This document shows, one piece after another, positions 19,673 to 28,704 of a stretch of DNA of 38,493 bases. Under the pieces are notes generated by a model. That model worked only from the letters and a program-made list of their open reading frames with translations. It was not told where the DNA came from and searched no databases. The stretch is taken from positions 1 to 38,493 of the forward strand of contig CAUZCF010000002.1 in the NCBI GenBank assembly GCA_963578425.1. Direction: 5' to 3'. Made by a program: the position numbers and the translations under genes. Within the stretch, counting starts at the first letter, position 1. Each line of letters opens with the position of its first letter. The stretch is from Gammaproteobacteria bacterium (GTDB lineage: Bacteria > Pseudomonadota > Gammaproteobacteria > Steroidobacterales > UBA11654).

Positions 19673-20445
19673 TATATTGCCTCCGCTGAATCTACAGGCA
19701 GAATAACTAAATCAGGTGCAACCTGCTTCTTAGCTATCCTTAAGCCAGCTTTAATCCCATTACGGTTATTACTAGCATCTTGCCATGACCGTGATTTTTG
19801 ATTCCAAACCCGAGATACTTGTCCATCAACTGATTGGCATAGAAAAGAAATTCTTCCAATTCTAAGAAAATCTAGTTCAAGAGTTTTGCCATCTACATCT
19901 AAAGTGTCTTTATAGGTTTCAATGGTTTTACCGTAATCATTTTCAATTTGATATGCTTCTGTGACTTTCCTAAATTTCTCTGCAACTGTGACATCTTCTC
20001 TCTGCATTAATTCTTCAAGGAAGTCGACTCTTTTGGTTCTTTCGTCCATTAAAAAAGGAACATCAAGTTGGATAAACTGATCTAAGGAGTCAATCATCTT
20101 AGTCATTACAGGGACAATTTGTCTATTAATTTGAGAAGCAACGATAATTGATGTTTCTAAATCAACTTTTACTCTAGCTTGATTTTCTATCTGTAGCTCT
20201 AATAACTGATTGTAAATCTCAAGACCGTTTATTTCTTTCAAAGCGGCCCTGTATTTATCTTCCATTTTTCTTGTTTGTTCTGCTACCTTTTCAACTCTTT
20301 GTTGTGACTCTTGAGCAAGCAAAGTTCTTTCATGTTGACCATTAAGAACTTGACTCAAAGTCTCGGCAGGAAGTATCATCGGCAGTGTAATTAGCATTAC
20401 TCCACCCATTAGAATCTTACCAGTTAACCTATGAAAAATTTTCAT
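19672..20445 (-). CDS. ttpB: DUF3450-type periplasmic coiled-coil protein (TtpB-like), first gene of the TonB2 cluster
   Basis: Signal peptide plus a coiled-coil protein, in the first position of the cluster. ATG at 20445 has AGGAG (20457-20453) 7 nt upstream, so I prefer it to the track's TTG at 20451. Confidence 0.7.
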   Translation of the reverse strand: MKIFHRLTGKILMGGVMLITLPMILPAETLSQVLNGQHERTLLAQESQQRVEKVAEQTRKMEDKYRAALKEINGLEIYNQLLELQIENQARVKVDLETSIIVASQINRQIVPVMTKMIDSLDQFIQLDVPFLMDERTKRVDFLEELMQREDVTVAEKFRKVTEAYQIENDYGKTIETYKDTLDVDGKTLELDFLRIGRISFLCQSVDGQVSRVWNQKSRSWQDASNNRNGIKAGLRIAKKQVAPDLVILPVDSAEAI

Positions 20446-20649
20446 ATACAATCTCCTAAGATGTTGTAGATTTTTATTTTAAGGCTGCTCCCCTAGCCCA
20501 TTTCAGCATCTGATAATAGCATAATCAAAAAATACTCCAAAGGGTTATGTAATCAAAAAAGTAAAAAAAATTAACGTAAATTTATTATTTATTTTTAACT
20601 TTAATGATTTACATTAACGTTTCTAAATAATTATTTATTTAATTAAATG

Positions 20650-20678
20650 TTGACAAAAACACATACTTCTATAACCAT
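20650..20678 (+). promoter_or_regulatory. Candidate sigma70 promoter for the ilv-leu leader
   Basis: Perfect -35 TTGACA at 20650-20655. The -10 is ambiguous: TATAAC at 20670-20675 (only a 14-nt spacer) or AACCAT at 20673-20678 (17-nt spacer). Either puts the transcription start within a few nt of the leader ATG. Confidence 0.4.
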
Positions 20679-20685
20679 TTGCCTG

Positions 20686-20778
20686 ATGAACAGCGAAAAC
20701 AACAATCAATTTAGAGGGTGTTTAGCCCTAGAACTACTAATTCTGCTAGAAATAGATGCTAGTGGGGCTAACTTATAG
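20686..20778 (+). CDS. Candidate ilv-leu operon leader peptide (30 aa, Leu/Ile-rich)
   Basis: ATG 20686 to TAG 20776-20778 encodes MNSENNNQFRGCLALELLILLEIDASGANL. Six Leu and two Ile fall within 11 consecutive codons (20722-20754), and 4 of those Leu codons are CTA. Alternative RNA pairings and a terminator follow. No SD is visible. Confidence 0.6.
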   Translation: MNSENNNQFRGCLALELLILLEIDASGANL

Positions 20779-20805
20779 AATTTTAAAAAAAGTTTAATTT
20801 TAAAG

Positions 20806-20834
20806 AGCCCCGCAGAAAAGCGGGGTTTTTTTTT
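20806..20834 (+). terminator. Attenuator (rho-independent terminator) upstream of ilvC
   Basis: CCCCGC (20808-20813) / GCGGGG (20820-20825), loop AGAAAA, followed by T9 (20826-20834). It lies 28 nt upstream of the ilvC ATG, so it is a 5' regulatory terminator rather than a gene-end terminator. Confidence 0.8.
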
Positions 20835-20846
20835 AACAAGATCTGA

Positions 20847-21893
<1,047 letters not shown>

Positions 21894-21909
21894 AAGTGAG
21901 TAATGACTT

Positions 21910-23445
21910 ATGAATGAAGCAAAAGAGATAATTATATTTGATACAACCTTGAGGGATGGTGAACAGGCCCCAGGTTGTAGTATGACGTTGGGAGAGAAAT
22001 TGAAAATTGCTCATGCGCTTAAAGAACTCAATGTGAATGTAATAGAAGCAGGATTTGCAGCAGCTTCTCCAGGTGACTTTGAATCAGTCAAAGCAATTGC
22101 AAGTGAAGTTGAGGGACCAACTATTTGTTCCTTAGCTCGATGTAATGAGGAAGATATAGAAAAGGCTCATCAAGCACTAGAAGTAAATTCTAATCGAAGA
22201 ATCCATGTGTTTGTTGCAACCAGCGAGATACACCTAAAGCATAAATTGAATATGGCTAAAGATGAAGTTTTAAAGGCAGCTTATAATGCTGTAAAAATGG
22301 CTAAAGAGCATTGTCAGAATGTTGAGTTCTCACCTGAAGATGCTTCAAGAACTGATCATGAGTTTTTAACTGAGGTTGTGAATGCTGCAATTGAAGCTGG
22401 GGCCACAACGATTAATATTCCTGATACTGTTGGCTATACCATACCCTTTGAATTTGGTGAATTGTTTAAACATTTAATCACTCATTGTAATAACGCTGAA
22501 GACGTGATTTTTAGTGTCCATTGTCACGATGATCTTGGCTTATCAGTTGCTAACAGTTTGGCTGCATTAGAATCTGGAGCACAACAAGTTGAATGTACTA
22601 TCAATGGTATTGGTGAACGAGCCGGCAATACTTCGCTTGAGGAAGTATGTATGGCAATAAAAACAAGGAAAGAGTATTTCAACTTTTACACATCTATCGA
22701 TAGCACGAAGCTTTATCCAACAAGTAGATTGGTATCCACCATCACAGGCATGCATGTCCCAAGGAACAAGGCCATTGTTGGGGATAATGCTTTTTCACAT
22801 GAAGCAGGTATTCATCAGCATGGAATGTTAAGACATGCTTCAACTTATGAAATCATGAAACCACAAGATGTGGGCATTGGCCGGTCAAATCTAGTACTTG
22901 GAAAACATAGTGGGAGACATGCGTTTCTCAATAGAGTAACCGAGTTAGGTTATGAATTAAGCAATGAAGATTTAGGTCCTGCATTCAAAGAATTTAAAAA
23001 GCTTGCTGATAGAAAAAAAGATATATTTGATAGCGACATAGAGGCAATCGTTCTTAATGCAGATGGAGGAACATTAAACAATTGGGAACTTGTTGATTTA
23101 GAAACATCATCAGGATCTTCTTGGGGGGCTCATGCAGAGTTAAAGCTAAAACATATTGATGGCTCCATACATGAAGCATCAACTGAGAAGAAATCTTCTA
23201 GTGGGCCAATTGAATCAGTTTTTAATGCCATAGAAGAAATAACGGGATACAATCTTGAATTAACCAACTTTGAGATTCATAGTGTAAGCGTCGGTGAAGA
23301 TGCACAGGGTGAAGTTACTGTTACTGTAAGCTATGAAGGTCAAGACTTTAGAGGTCATGGGATCAGTACAGATATAATAGAGTCAGGTGCTTTAGCTTAT
23401 CTTGAAGTTATAAATAGAATAGAAAGAAATAAAAATAGACATTAG
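21910..23445 (+). CDS. leuA: 2-isopropylmalate synthase
   Basis: 511 aa. IFDTTLRDGEQAPG, HCHDDLGLSVANSLAA and the C-terminal LeuA dimerisation/regulatory domain. Confidence 0.96.
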   Translation: MNEAKEIIIFDTTLRDGEQAPGCSMTLGEKLKIAHALKELNVNVIEAGFAAASPGDFESVKAIASEVEGPTICSLARCNEEDIEKAHQALEVNSNRRIHVFVATSEIHLKHKLNMAKDEVLKAAYNAVKMAKEHCQNVEFSPEDASRTDHEFLTEVVNAAIEAGATTINIPDTVGYTIPFEFGELFKHLITHCNNAEDVIFSVHCHDDLGLSVANSLAALESGAQQVECTINGIGERAGNTSLEEVCMAIKTRKEYFNFYTSIDSTKLYPTSRLVSTITGMHVPRNKAIVGDNAFSHEAGIHQHGMLRHASTYEIMKPQDVGIGRSNLVLGKHSGRHAFLNRVTELGYELSNEDLGPAFKEFKKLADRKKDIFDSDIEAIVLNADGGTLNNWELVDLETSSGSSWGAHAELKLKHIDGSIHEASTEKKSSSGPIESVFNAIEEITGYNLELTNFEIHSVSVGEDAQGEVTVTVSYEGQDFRGHGISTDIIESGALAYLEVINRIERNKNRH

Positions 23446-23453
23446 AGGAAAAT

Positions 23454-24383
23454 ATGCCATTAAAACCAACTAAACACATCTGGTTTAATAACAAGCTTGT
23501 TCCTTGGGAAGAAGCTCAAATCCATGTTTTAAGTTATGCATTGCATTACGGTGCAGCTGTATTTGAAGGTATCAGAGCTTATTCTACAAATGACGGTACT
23601 AGGATCTTTAGGTTAGAGGATCATATTAAGCGATTATTTAATTCTGCAAAAATATACAGGATGAATATGGCATTTGATTCAAATCAAATAATGGATGCTT
23701 GTCGAACCGTTGTTGTTTCTAATGAATTAAATAAAGGCGCATATATTCGGCCAATTGCTTTCAGAGGATACAATGATCTTGGTTTACATGCCTCTCTAGA
23801 TGATGACATAGAGGTCGTTGTCGCAGCATGGGAATGGGGACCTTATCTTGGAAAAGAAAGCGCTAAGAGTGGTGTAGATGTATGCGTTTCTTCTTGGAAT
23901 AAAATTGCACCTAATACTATTCCAGTTATGGCAAAAGCATCAGGCAACTATTTATCCGGAACACTTGTGGCTATTGAAGCCAAAGAAAATGGTTATGATG
24001 AAGGCATTTGTTTGGATTCAAAAGGAATGGTCAGCGAAGGAGCTGGAGAAAATGTTTTTCTTGTTAAGGATAATATAATTTCTACCCCTCCTCTCAGTTC
24101 ATCCATCCTTGATGGAATCACTAGAGATTCTGTAATGAAAATTGCTGAAACATTAGGGCATTCTGTTATGGAAAGAGAAATTACAAGAGAAGAACTTTAC
24201 CTTGCTGATGAATTATTTTTTACTGGAACTGCTGTTGAAATAACTCCCATTAAGACTGTAGACAGGATTCAGGTTGGTAACGGAGCAAGAGGTCCAATTA
24301 CTGAAGAGATTCAGAGAACCTTTTTTGGGTTATTTGACGGATCTACTGTTGATCAGTGGGGCTGGCTAGATAACGTTGAATAG
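23454..24383 (+). CDS. ilvE: Branched-chain-amino-acid aminotransferase
   Basis: 309 aa. IWFNNKLVPWEEAQIHVLSYALHYGAAVFEGIRAY class-IV aminotransferase signature. Confidence 0.95.
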   Translation: MPLKPTKHIWFNNKLVPWEEAQIHVLSYALHYGAAVFEGIRAYSTNDGTRIFRLEDHIKRLFNSAKIYRMNMAFDSNQIMDACRTVVVSNELNKGAYIRPIAFRGYNDLGLHASLDDDIEVVVAAWEWGPYLGKESAKSGVDVCVSSWNKIAPNTIPVMAKASGNYLSGTLVAIEAKENGYDEGICLDSKGMVSEGAGENVFLVKDNIISTPPLSSSILDGITRDSVMKIAETLGHSVMEREITREELYLADELFFTGTAVEITPIKTVDRIQVGNGARGPITEEIQRTFFGLFDGSTVDQWGWLDNVE

Positions 24384-25791
24384 TAGACCTAAAACACTTT
24401 TTGAAAAAGTATGGGAACAACATGTAGTTGTTCCTGAGACACATGATATCCCAGCTATAATCTATATTGATCTACACTTAATCCATGAGGTAACAACACC
24501 ACAGGCATTTACTCTTTTAAGAGAAAATAATCTTAAAGTTAGAGACCCAAAAAAGGTTTTAGCAACAATGGATCACTCTACTCCTACTGTGCCTATCACT
24601 AGTTTAAAAGATCTAGATATTGTTTCAGAAAAAGGCCCGGCTAATCAAATTCGTGACATGATCAAGAACTGTAGGGATTTCGGTATAGAATTATATGGTT
24701 TTGAGAGTGATCGGAGAGGTATTGTTCATGTTATAGGACCGGAATTAGGAGCGACCCAGCCAGGCAGGACAATGGTATGTGGTGATAGTCATACAAGCAC
24801 CCATGGTGCTTTTGGCGCATTAGCTTTTGGTATTGGGACTACTGAAGTAGCTCATGTTCTTGCTACTCAATGTCTTCTCCAAAGAAAACCTAAAACACTC
24901 TCTGTGAATTTGACGGGTAACCTTAATAGTGGAGTTTGTGCTAAAGATATTATTCTTAAAATTGTAGGAGACATAGGAGTAGATGGAGGCACTGGACATG
25001 TTATTGAATATAGAGGCAACACGGTCTCTTCTCTGTCATTGGAACAACGAATGACAATTTGTAATATGAGTATAGAAGCAGGCGCACGTGCAGGCATGTT
25101 TGCTCCTGATCAGTCAACGTTTGATTATCTAGAAAATAGGCCCATGTCACCCAAAGGAGATGACTGGGTTAAGGCTGTTAATAAATGGTCAAACTTGGTG
25201 ACAGATGATGGCGCTATTTTTGATAAAGAAGTTGACATTGATATTGATGCATTACAACCCATGATAACTTTTGGAACTAACCCTGGCATGGTTATGTCTA
25301 TTGATGCAGAAGTCCCACATCATAATGGCAGTCAAAGTTTTAAACAGGCACTGAATTACATGAAAGTTGAATCAGGTAAACCGCTTCTAGAAAAACCAAT
25401 AGATGTGGTTTTTATTGGTAGTTGCACGAATTCAAGATTATCAGATTTACAAGATGCTGCCGATATTTTAAAGGATAGGAAAGTTGATAGTAATGTCAGA
25501 ACTCTGATTGTTCCAGGCTCACAAGCTATTAAGGCAGAAGCTGAAAATTTAGGTCTTGATCAAATTTTTAAAAAAGCAGGTGCAGAATGGAGAGAATCTG
25601 GTTGCTCCATGTGTCTAGGTATGAATGGAGACACAGTTGGTGAGGGTAAATTAGCTGTAAGCACTAGTAATAGAAATTTTGAAGGTCGACAGGGTAAAGG
25701 CTCAAGAACAATATTAGCTAGCCCAAAAACAGCTGCCGCATCAGCTATATCTGGTGTTGTTCAGGACCCAAGAATATATGGTGACAAATAA
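24376..25791 (+). CDS. leuC: 3-isopropylmalate dehydratase large subunit
   Basis: 471 aa. Aconitase-family Cys ligands (GSCTNSR, CSMCLGMN). TTG start at 24376 overlaps the ilvE stop by 8 nt. Confidence 0.95.
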   Translation: MNSRPKTLFEKVWEQHVVVPETHDIPAIIYIDLHLIHEVTTPQAFTLLRENNLKVRDPKKVLATMDHSTPTVPITSLKDLDIVSEKGPANQIRDMIKNCRDFGIELYGFESDRRGIVHVIGPELGATQPGRTMVCGDSHTSTHGAFGALAFGIGTTEVAHVLATQCLLQRKPKTLSVNLTGNLNSGVCAKDIILKIVGDIGVDGGTGHVIEYRGNTVSSLSLEQRMTICNMSIEAGARAGMFAPDQSTFDYLENRPMSPKGDDWVKAVNKWSNLVTDDGAIFDKEVDIDIDALQPMITFGTNPGMVMSIDAEVPHHNGSQSFKQALNYMKVESGKPLLEKPIDVVFIGSCTNSRLSDLQDAADILKDRKVDSNVRTLIVPGSQAIKAEAENLGLDQIFKKAGAEWRESGCSMCLGMNGDTVGEGKLAVSTSNRNFEGRQGKGSRTILASPKTAAASAISGVVQDPRIYGDK

Positions 25792-25794
25792 GTT

Positions 25795-26367
25795 ATGGAG
25801 AAAATCTTAAAATTTAGTTCGACAACAATCAATTTACCCAATGAGGATATTGATACGGATCAAATAGTTCCAGCTCGGTTTCTTACTCTTCCTTCAAAAG
25901 AAGGGATTGGAGATTGTCTTTTTTATGATTGGAGGTTTGACAAATTAGGTCATCCAATAGAAGATTTTGTTCTCAATAAACCAGAGGCTAGAAACTCTTC
26001 TATTCTAGTAGCAGGAAATAATTTTGGGTGTGGATCATCAAGAGAGCATGCACCGTGGGCTCTAGTGGACTTTGGCTTTAAAGCAATTATTAGTACCTCA
26101 TTTGCAGATATCTTTAAAAACAATGCATTAAAGAATGGCTTGATTCCAATTACTGTTCCAGAAGATATACATAAAAAGTTATTAGGTAATGAAGGTTTAG
26201 AAGTGGCAGTTGATCTAGATAATCTTAAATTGGAAACTGAGTTAGGCAATTCATGTAGTTTCTCTATAGATCCATTTTCTAGATATTGTTTGATGAATGG
26301 CATTGATCAACTGGGATATATATTGAGCCAAGAATTAGAAATTACTAACTATGAAACATCACAATGA
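25795..26367 (+). CDS. leuD: 3-isopropylmalate dehydratase small subunit
   Basis: 190 aa. GNNFGCGSSREHAPWAL swivel-domain motif. Confidence 0.95.
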   Translation: MEKILKFSSTTINLPNEDIDTDQIVPARFLTLPSKEGIGDCLFYDWRFDKLGHPIEDFVLNKPEARNSSILVAGNNFGCGSSREHAPWALVDFGFKAIISTSFADIFKNNALKNGLIPITVPEDIHKKLLGNEGLEVAVDLDNLKLETELGNSCSFSIDPFSRYCLMNGIDQLGYILSQELEITNYETSQ

Positions 26368-27422
26368 AAAGTGTAATAACAATATTAGCTGGTGATGGTA
26401 TTGGTCCTGAGGTTACCAATGAAGCTGTTAAAATACTAAAAGTCATTGAAAAAGAGTTTGGCCATAGTTTTAGCCTAAATAATGCTCTTTTTGGTGGGAT
26501 TGCCATCGATGAAACTGGTTCACCTTATCCCCAAGAAACACAGGACCTATGTAAACAGGCTGATGCTGTTCTTCTAGGGGCTGTTGGAGGCCCTAAATGG
26601 AGCGATCCAAAAGCTAAAACTAGACCTGAAAAAGGTCTCCTTGATATGAGATCTGACTTAGGTGTTTATGCTAATCTAAGACACATCAGGACTTACCCCC
26701 AATTAATTGATAGTTCTCCAATAAAAAACGACTACTTAAACGACATTGATATTATGTTTGTTCGGGAATTGACTGGCGGTATTTATTTTGGAGAGAAAGA
26801 AAGACTGGATGATTATGCAAAAGATGTTTGTGAATATTCAACCCCAGAGATCCAGCGTATTACTAAGGTCGCAGCTAATCTTGCACAACAGCGAAGAGGG
26901 AAAATTACTTCAGTTGATAAGGCTAATGTAATGGCAACTTCCCAATTATGGAGAAGTGTTACAACTGACTATCTTGGAATTAACTATAGCAACATTGAAC
27001 TTGAACATATGTTAGCAGATGCAGCTACTATGCATTTATTATCAAGGCCAGGTGATTTTGATGTGGTGCTAGCTGATAACTTGTTTGGAGATATTCTTAC
27101 TGATGAAGCATCAATGTTAACGGGTTCTATAGGCATGATACCGTCTGCATCTTTGGGCAATGATAACTTTGGAGTCTATGAACCTATCCATGGTTCTGCA
27201 CCAGATATACAAGGTAAGGAACTAGCTAATCCATGTGGAATTATTTTGTCAGTGTCTATGTTATTACGACACTCATTAGGTCTAACAGAAGAAGCATCAG
27301 TTATAGATAAAGCAGTAGAGTCTGTCCTTGATGATGGAATATTTACAGTAGATTTATCGAAAGATAATTTTGTTAGCACTGTGGATATGGGCAACGCTGT
27401 AGCATCTAAAATCTCTTCATAA
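26364..27422 (+). CDS. leuB: 3-isopropylmalate dehydrogenase
   Basis: 352 aa. ITILAGDGIGPEV, NLFGDILTDEASMLTGSIGM. ATGA overlap with leuD. Confidence 0.96.
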   Translation: MKSVITILAGDGIGPEVTNEAVKILKVIEKEFGHSFSLNNALFGGIAIDETGSPYPQETQDLCKQADAVLLGAVGGPKWSDPKAKTRPEKGLLDMRSDLGVYANLRHIRTYPQLIDSSPIKNDYLNDIDIMFVRELTGGIYFGEKERLDDYAKDVCEYSTPEIQRITKVAANLAQQRRGKITSVDKANVMATSQLWRSVTTDYLGINYSNIELEHMLADAATMHLLSRPGDFDVVLADNLFGDILTDEASMLTGSIGMIPSASLGNDNFGVYEPIHGSAPDIQGKELANPCGIILSVSMLLRHSLGLTEEASVIDKAVESVLDDGIFTVDLSKDNFVSTVDMGNAVASKISS

Positions 27423-27440
27423 AACACCCTCTTCTATTAC

Positions 27441-27487
27441 TTGTATTACATTAAAAAATAAATATAATGTATTAACACATTAATACA
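27441..27487 (+). promoter_or_regulatory. his-operon promoter with overlapping palindromic operator candidate
   Basis: -35 TTGTAT (27441-27446), 16-nt spacer, perfect -10 TATAAT (27463-27468). Perfect inverted repeat TGTATTAA-CACA-TTAATACA at 27468-27487, starting at the last base of the -10. An additional TGTATTA half-site at 27442-27448 overlaps the -35. Confidence 0.6.
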
Positions 27488-27500
27488 ATAGTATAGAGTT

Positions 27501-27803
27501 ATGAAATTAGAAAGAGTTTTAACAAATAAAGAAGAAAGAGCTGCTGAAGAAAGATTATTTAAAGCGATTATGTCATTAAGAAATCTTGATGAACATCGTG
27601 CATTTTTTGGTGATATTTTTACGCCTGCTGAACTTCAATCAATCAAAGACAGATGGTTAGTGGCTGAATTTCTTAATCAAGGTTATACCTATAGAGAAAT
27701 CAACTCTATGACTGGTGTTAGTGTCACCACTATTGGTCGTGTGGCTAGATTCCTATATGACGGTTCAGATGGTTATGCTCTTGCATTAAAAAGGATTAAA
27801 TAA
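27501..27803 (+). CDS. TrpR-like DNA-binding protein, YerC/YecD family (HisR-like candidate his-operon regulator)
   Basis: 100 aa. The pattern LFKAIMSL.N.DE...FF.DI.TP.EL.S...R..VA..L....TY.EI...TGVS.TTIGRV.R.L..G.DGY matches the YerC/YecD TrpR-related family, as I recall it from B. subtilis YerC. Its stop overlaps the hisG start (TAATG at 27801-27805). Confidence 0.8.
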   Translation: MKLERVLTNKEERAAEERLFKAIMSLRNLDEHRAFFGDIFTPAELQSIKDRWLVAEFLNQGYTYREINSMTGVSVTTIGRVARFLYDGSDGYALALKRIK

Positions 27804-28699
27804 TGTCAGAGACACGGATTAAAATAGCCATACAAAAATCTGGAAGGCTGACTGAACATAGCACTACACTACTGCAGAAATGTGGACTAATTTTTAGTCA
27901 AGCCAAGAATCAATTGATTGGCTATGGAGAAAATATGCCCATTGATCTTATGTTTGTTAGAGATGATGACATTCCTGATTTAATTCAAGAGAATTTATGT
28001 AGCCTGGGGATCGTTGGACAGAATGTTGCCTTAGAAAAAAAAATAGCCATGGATAATAGTAAGCAGGATTGCCTATTTAGTTTTGAAGAAAACTTGAATT
28101 TTGGTCAATGCCGCTTAGCTTTTGCTTATCCTGAATCCAGTTCCTATCGATCAATTTATGAACTTGAAGGAAAAACAATTGCAACAAGTTACCCCAATAT
28201 TGTTACAAAATTTCTAAAAGAAAAAGGATTAAATATTGATGTTACTCAATTTTCTGGAGCAGTTGAACTTGCACCAAGTTTAGGAAAGGCAGAGGCAATT
28301 TGTGACTTAGTTTCCACTGGAAATACTTTGAAGGTTCACAATCTAATTCAAGGTGAGATAGTTTTAGATAGTGTGGCCACTGTTCTACGCTCAACTCAGG
28401 TTCTAAGTGATTCCAAAGAAGCTTGGATTAAAAAACTAATTGAAAGAATTAATGGCGTTATACAAGTCAGTGAGAGCAAATATATTATGATGCATGCACC
28501 TAAGGATTCCCTTCAAAAGATAACTGAGCTATTGCCTGGAACTGAAGCACCTACAGTATTGCCACTTGTGGGCACTAATGCCACCGTTGCTGTTCATGTT
28601 GTTTGTAAAGAGACAGTGTTTTGGGACACCTTAGAAGGTTTAAAAAAAATTGGAGCATCTTCAATTTTAGTCGTTCCACTTGAAAAAATGTTGATGTGA
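27803..28699 (+). CDS. hisG: ATP phosphoribosyltransferase, long form
   Basis: 298 aa. RIKIAIQKSGRL N-terminus and a C-terminal regulatory domain are present, so there is no HisZ requirement. Confidence 0.95.
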   Translation: MSETRIKIAIQKSGRLTEHSTTLLQKCGLIFSQAKNQLIGYGENMPIDLMFVRDDDIPDLIQENLCSLGIVGQNVALEKKIAMDNSKQDCLFSFEENLNFGQCRLAFAYPESSSYRSIYELEGKTIATSYPNIVTKFLKEKGLNIDVTQFSGAVELAPSLGKAEAICDLVSTGNTLKVHNLIQGEIVLDSVATVLRSTQVLSDSKEAWIKKLIERINGVIQVSESKYIMMHAPKDSLQKITELLPGTEAPTVLPLVGTNATVAVHVVCKETVFWDTLEGLKKIGASSILVVPLEKMLM

Positions 28700-28704
28700 A
28701 ATAG

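Noticed and set aside
25950-26303. 117-aa ORF antisense to leuD, and the similar antisense or out-of-frame track ORFs of 60-100 aa. Examples: 1090-1362, 2677-2910, 2849-3049, 2877-3083, 3115-3327, 6459-6707, 7279-7554, 8332-8556, 8848-9072, 10451-10735, 12547-12798, 15483-15773, 17511-17729, 17912-18133, 22567-22755, 23878-24078, 24867-25097, 27176-27427, 29298-29561, 31279-31545, 32968-33270, 33757-33951, 35238-35447, 38102-38350.
   Set aside because: Each lies entirely inside a long ORF with unmistakable conserved-family motifs on the other strand or frame. Their translations are low-complexity or odd in composition, with no recognisable motifs, SD or independent context. Such shadow ORFs are expected by chance opposite real genes.
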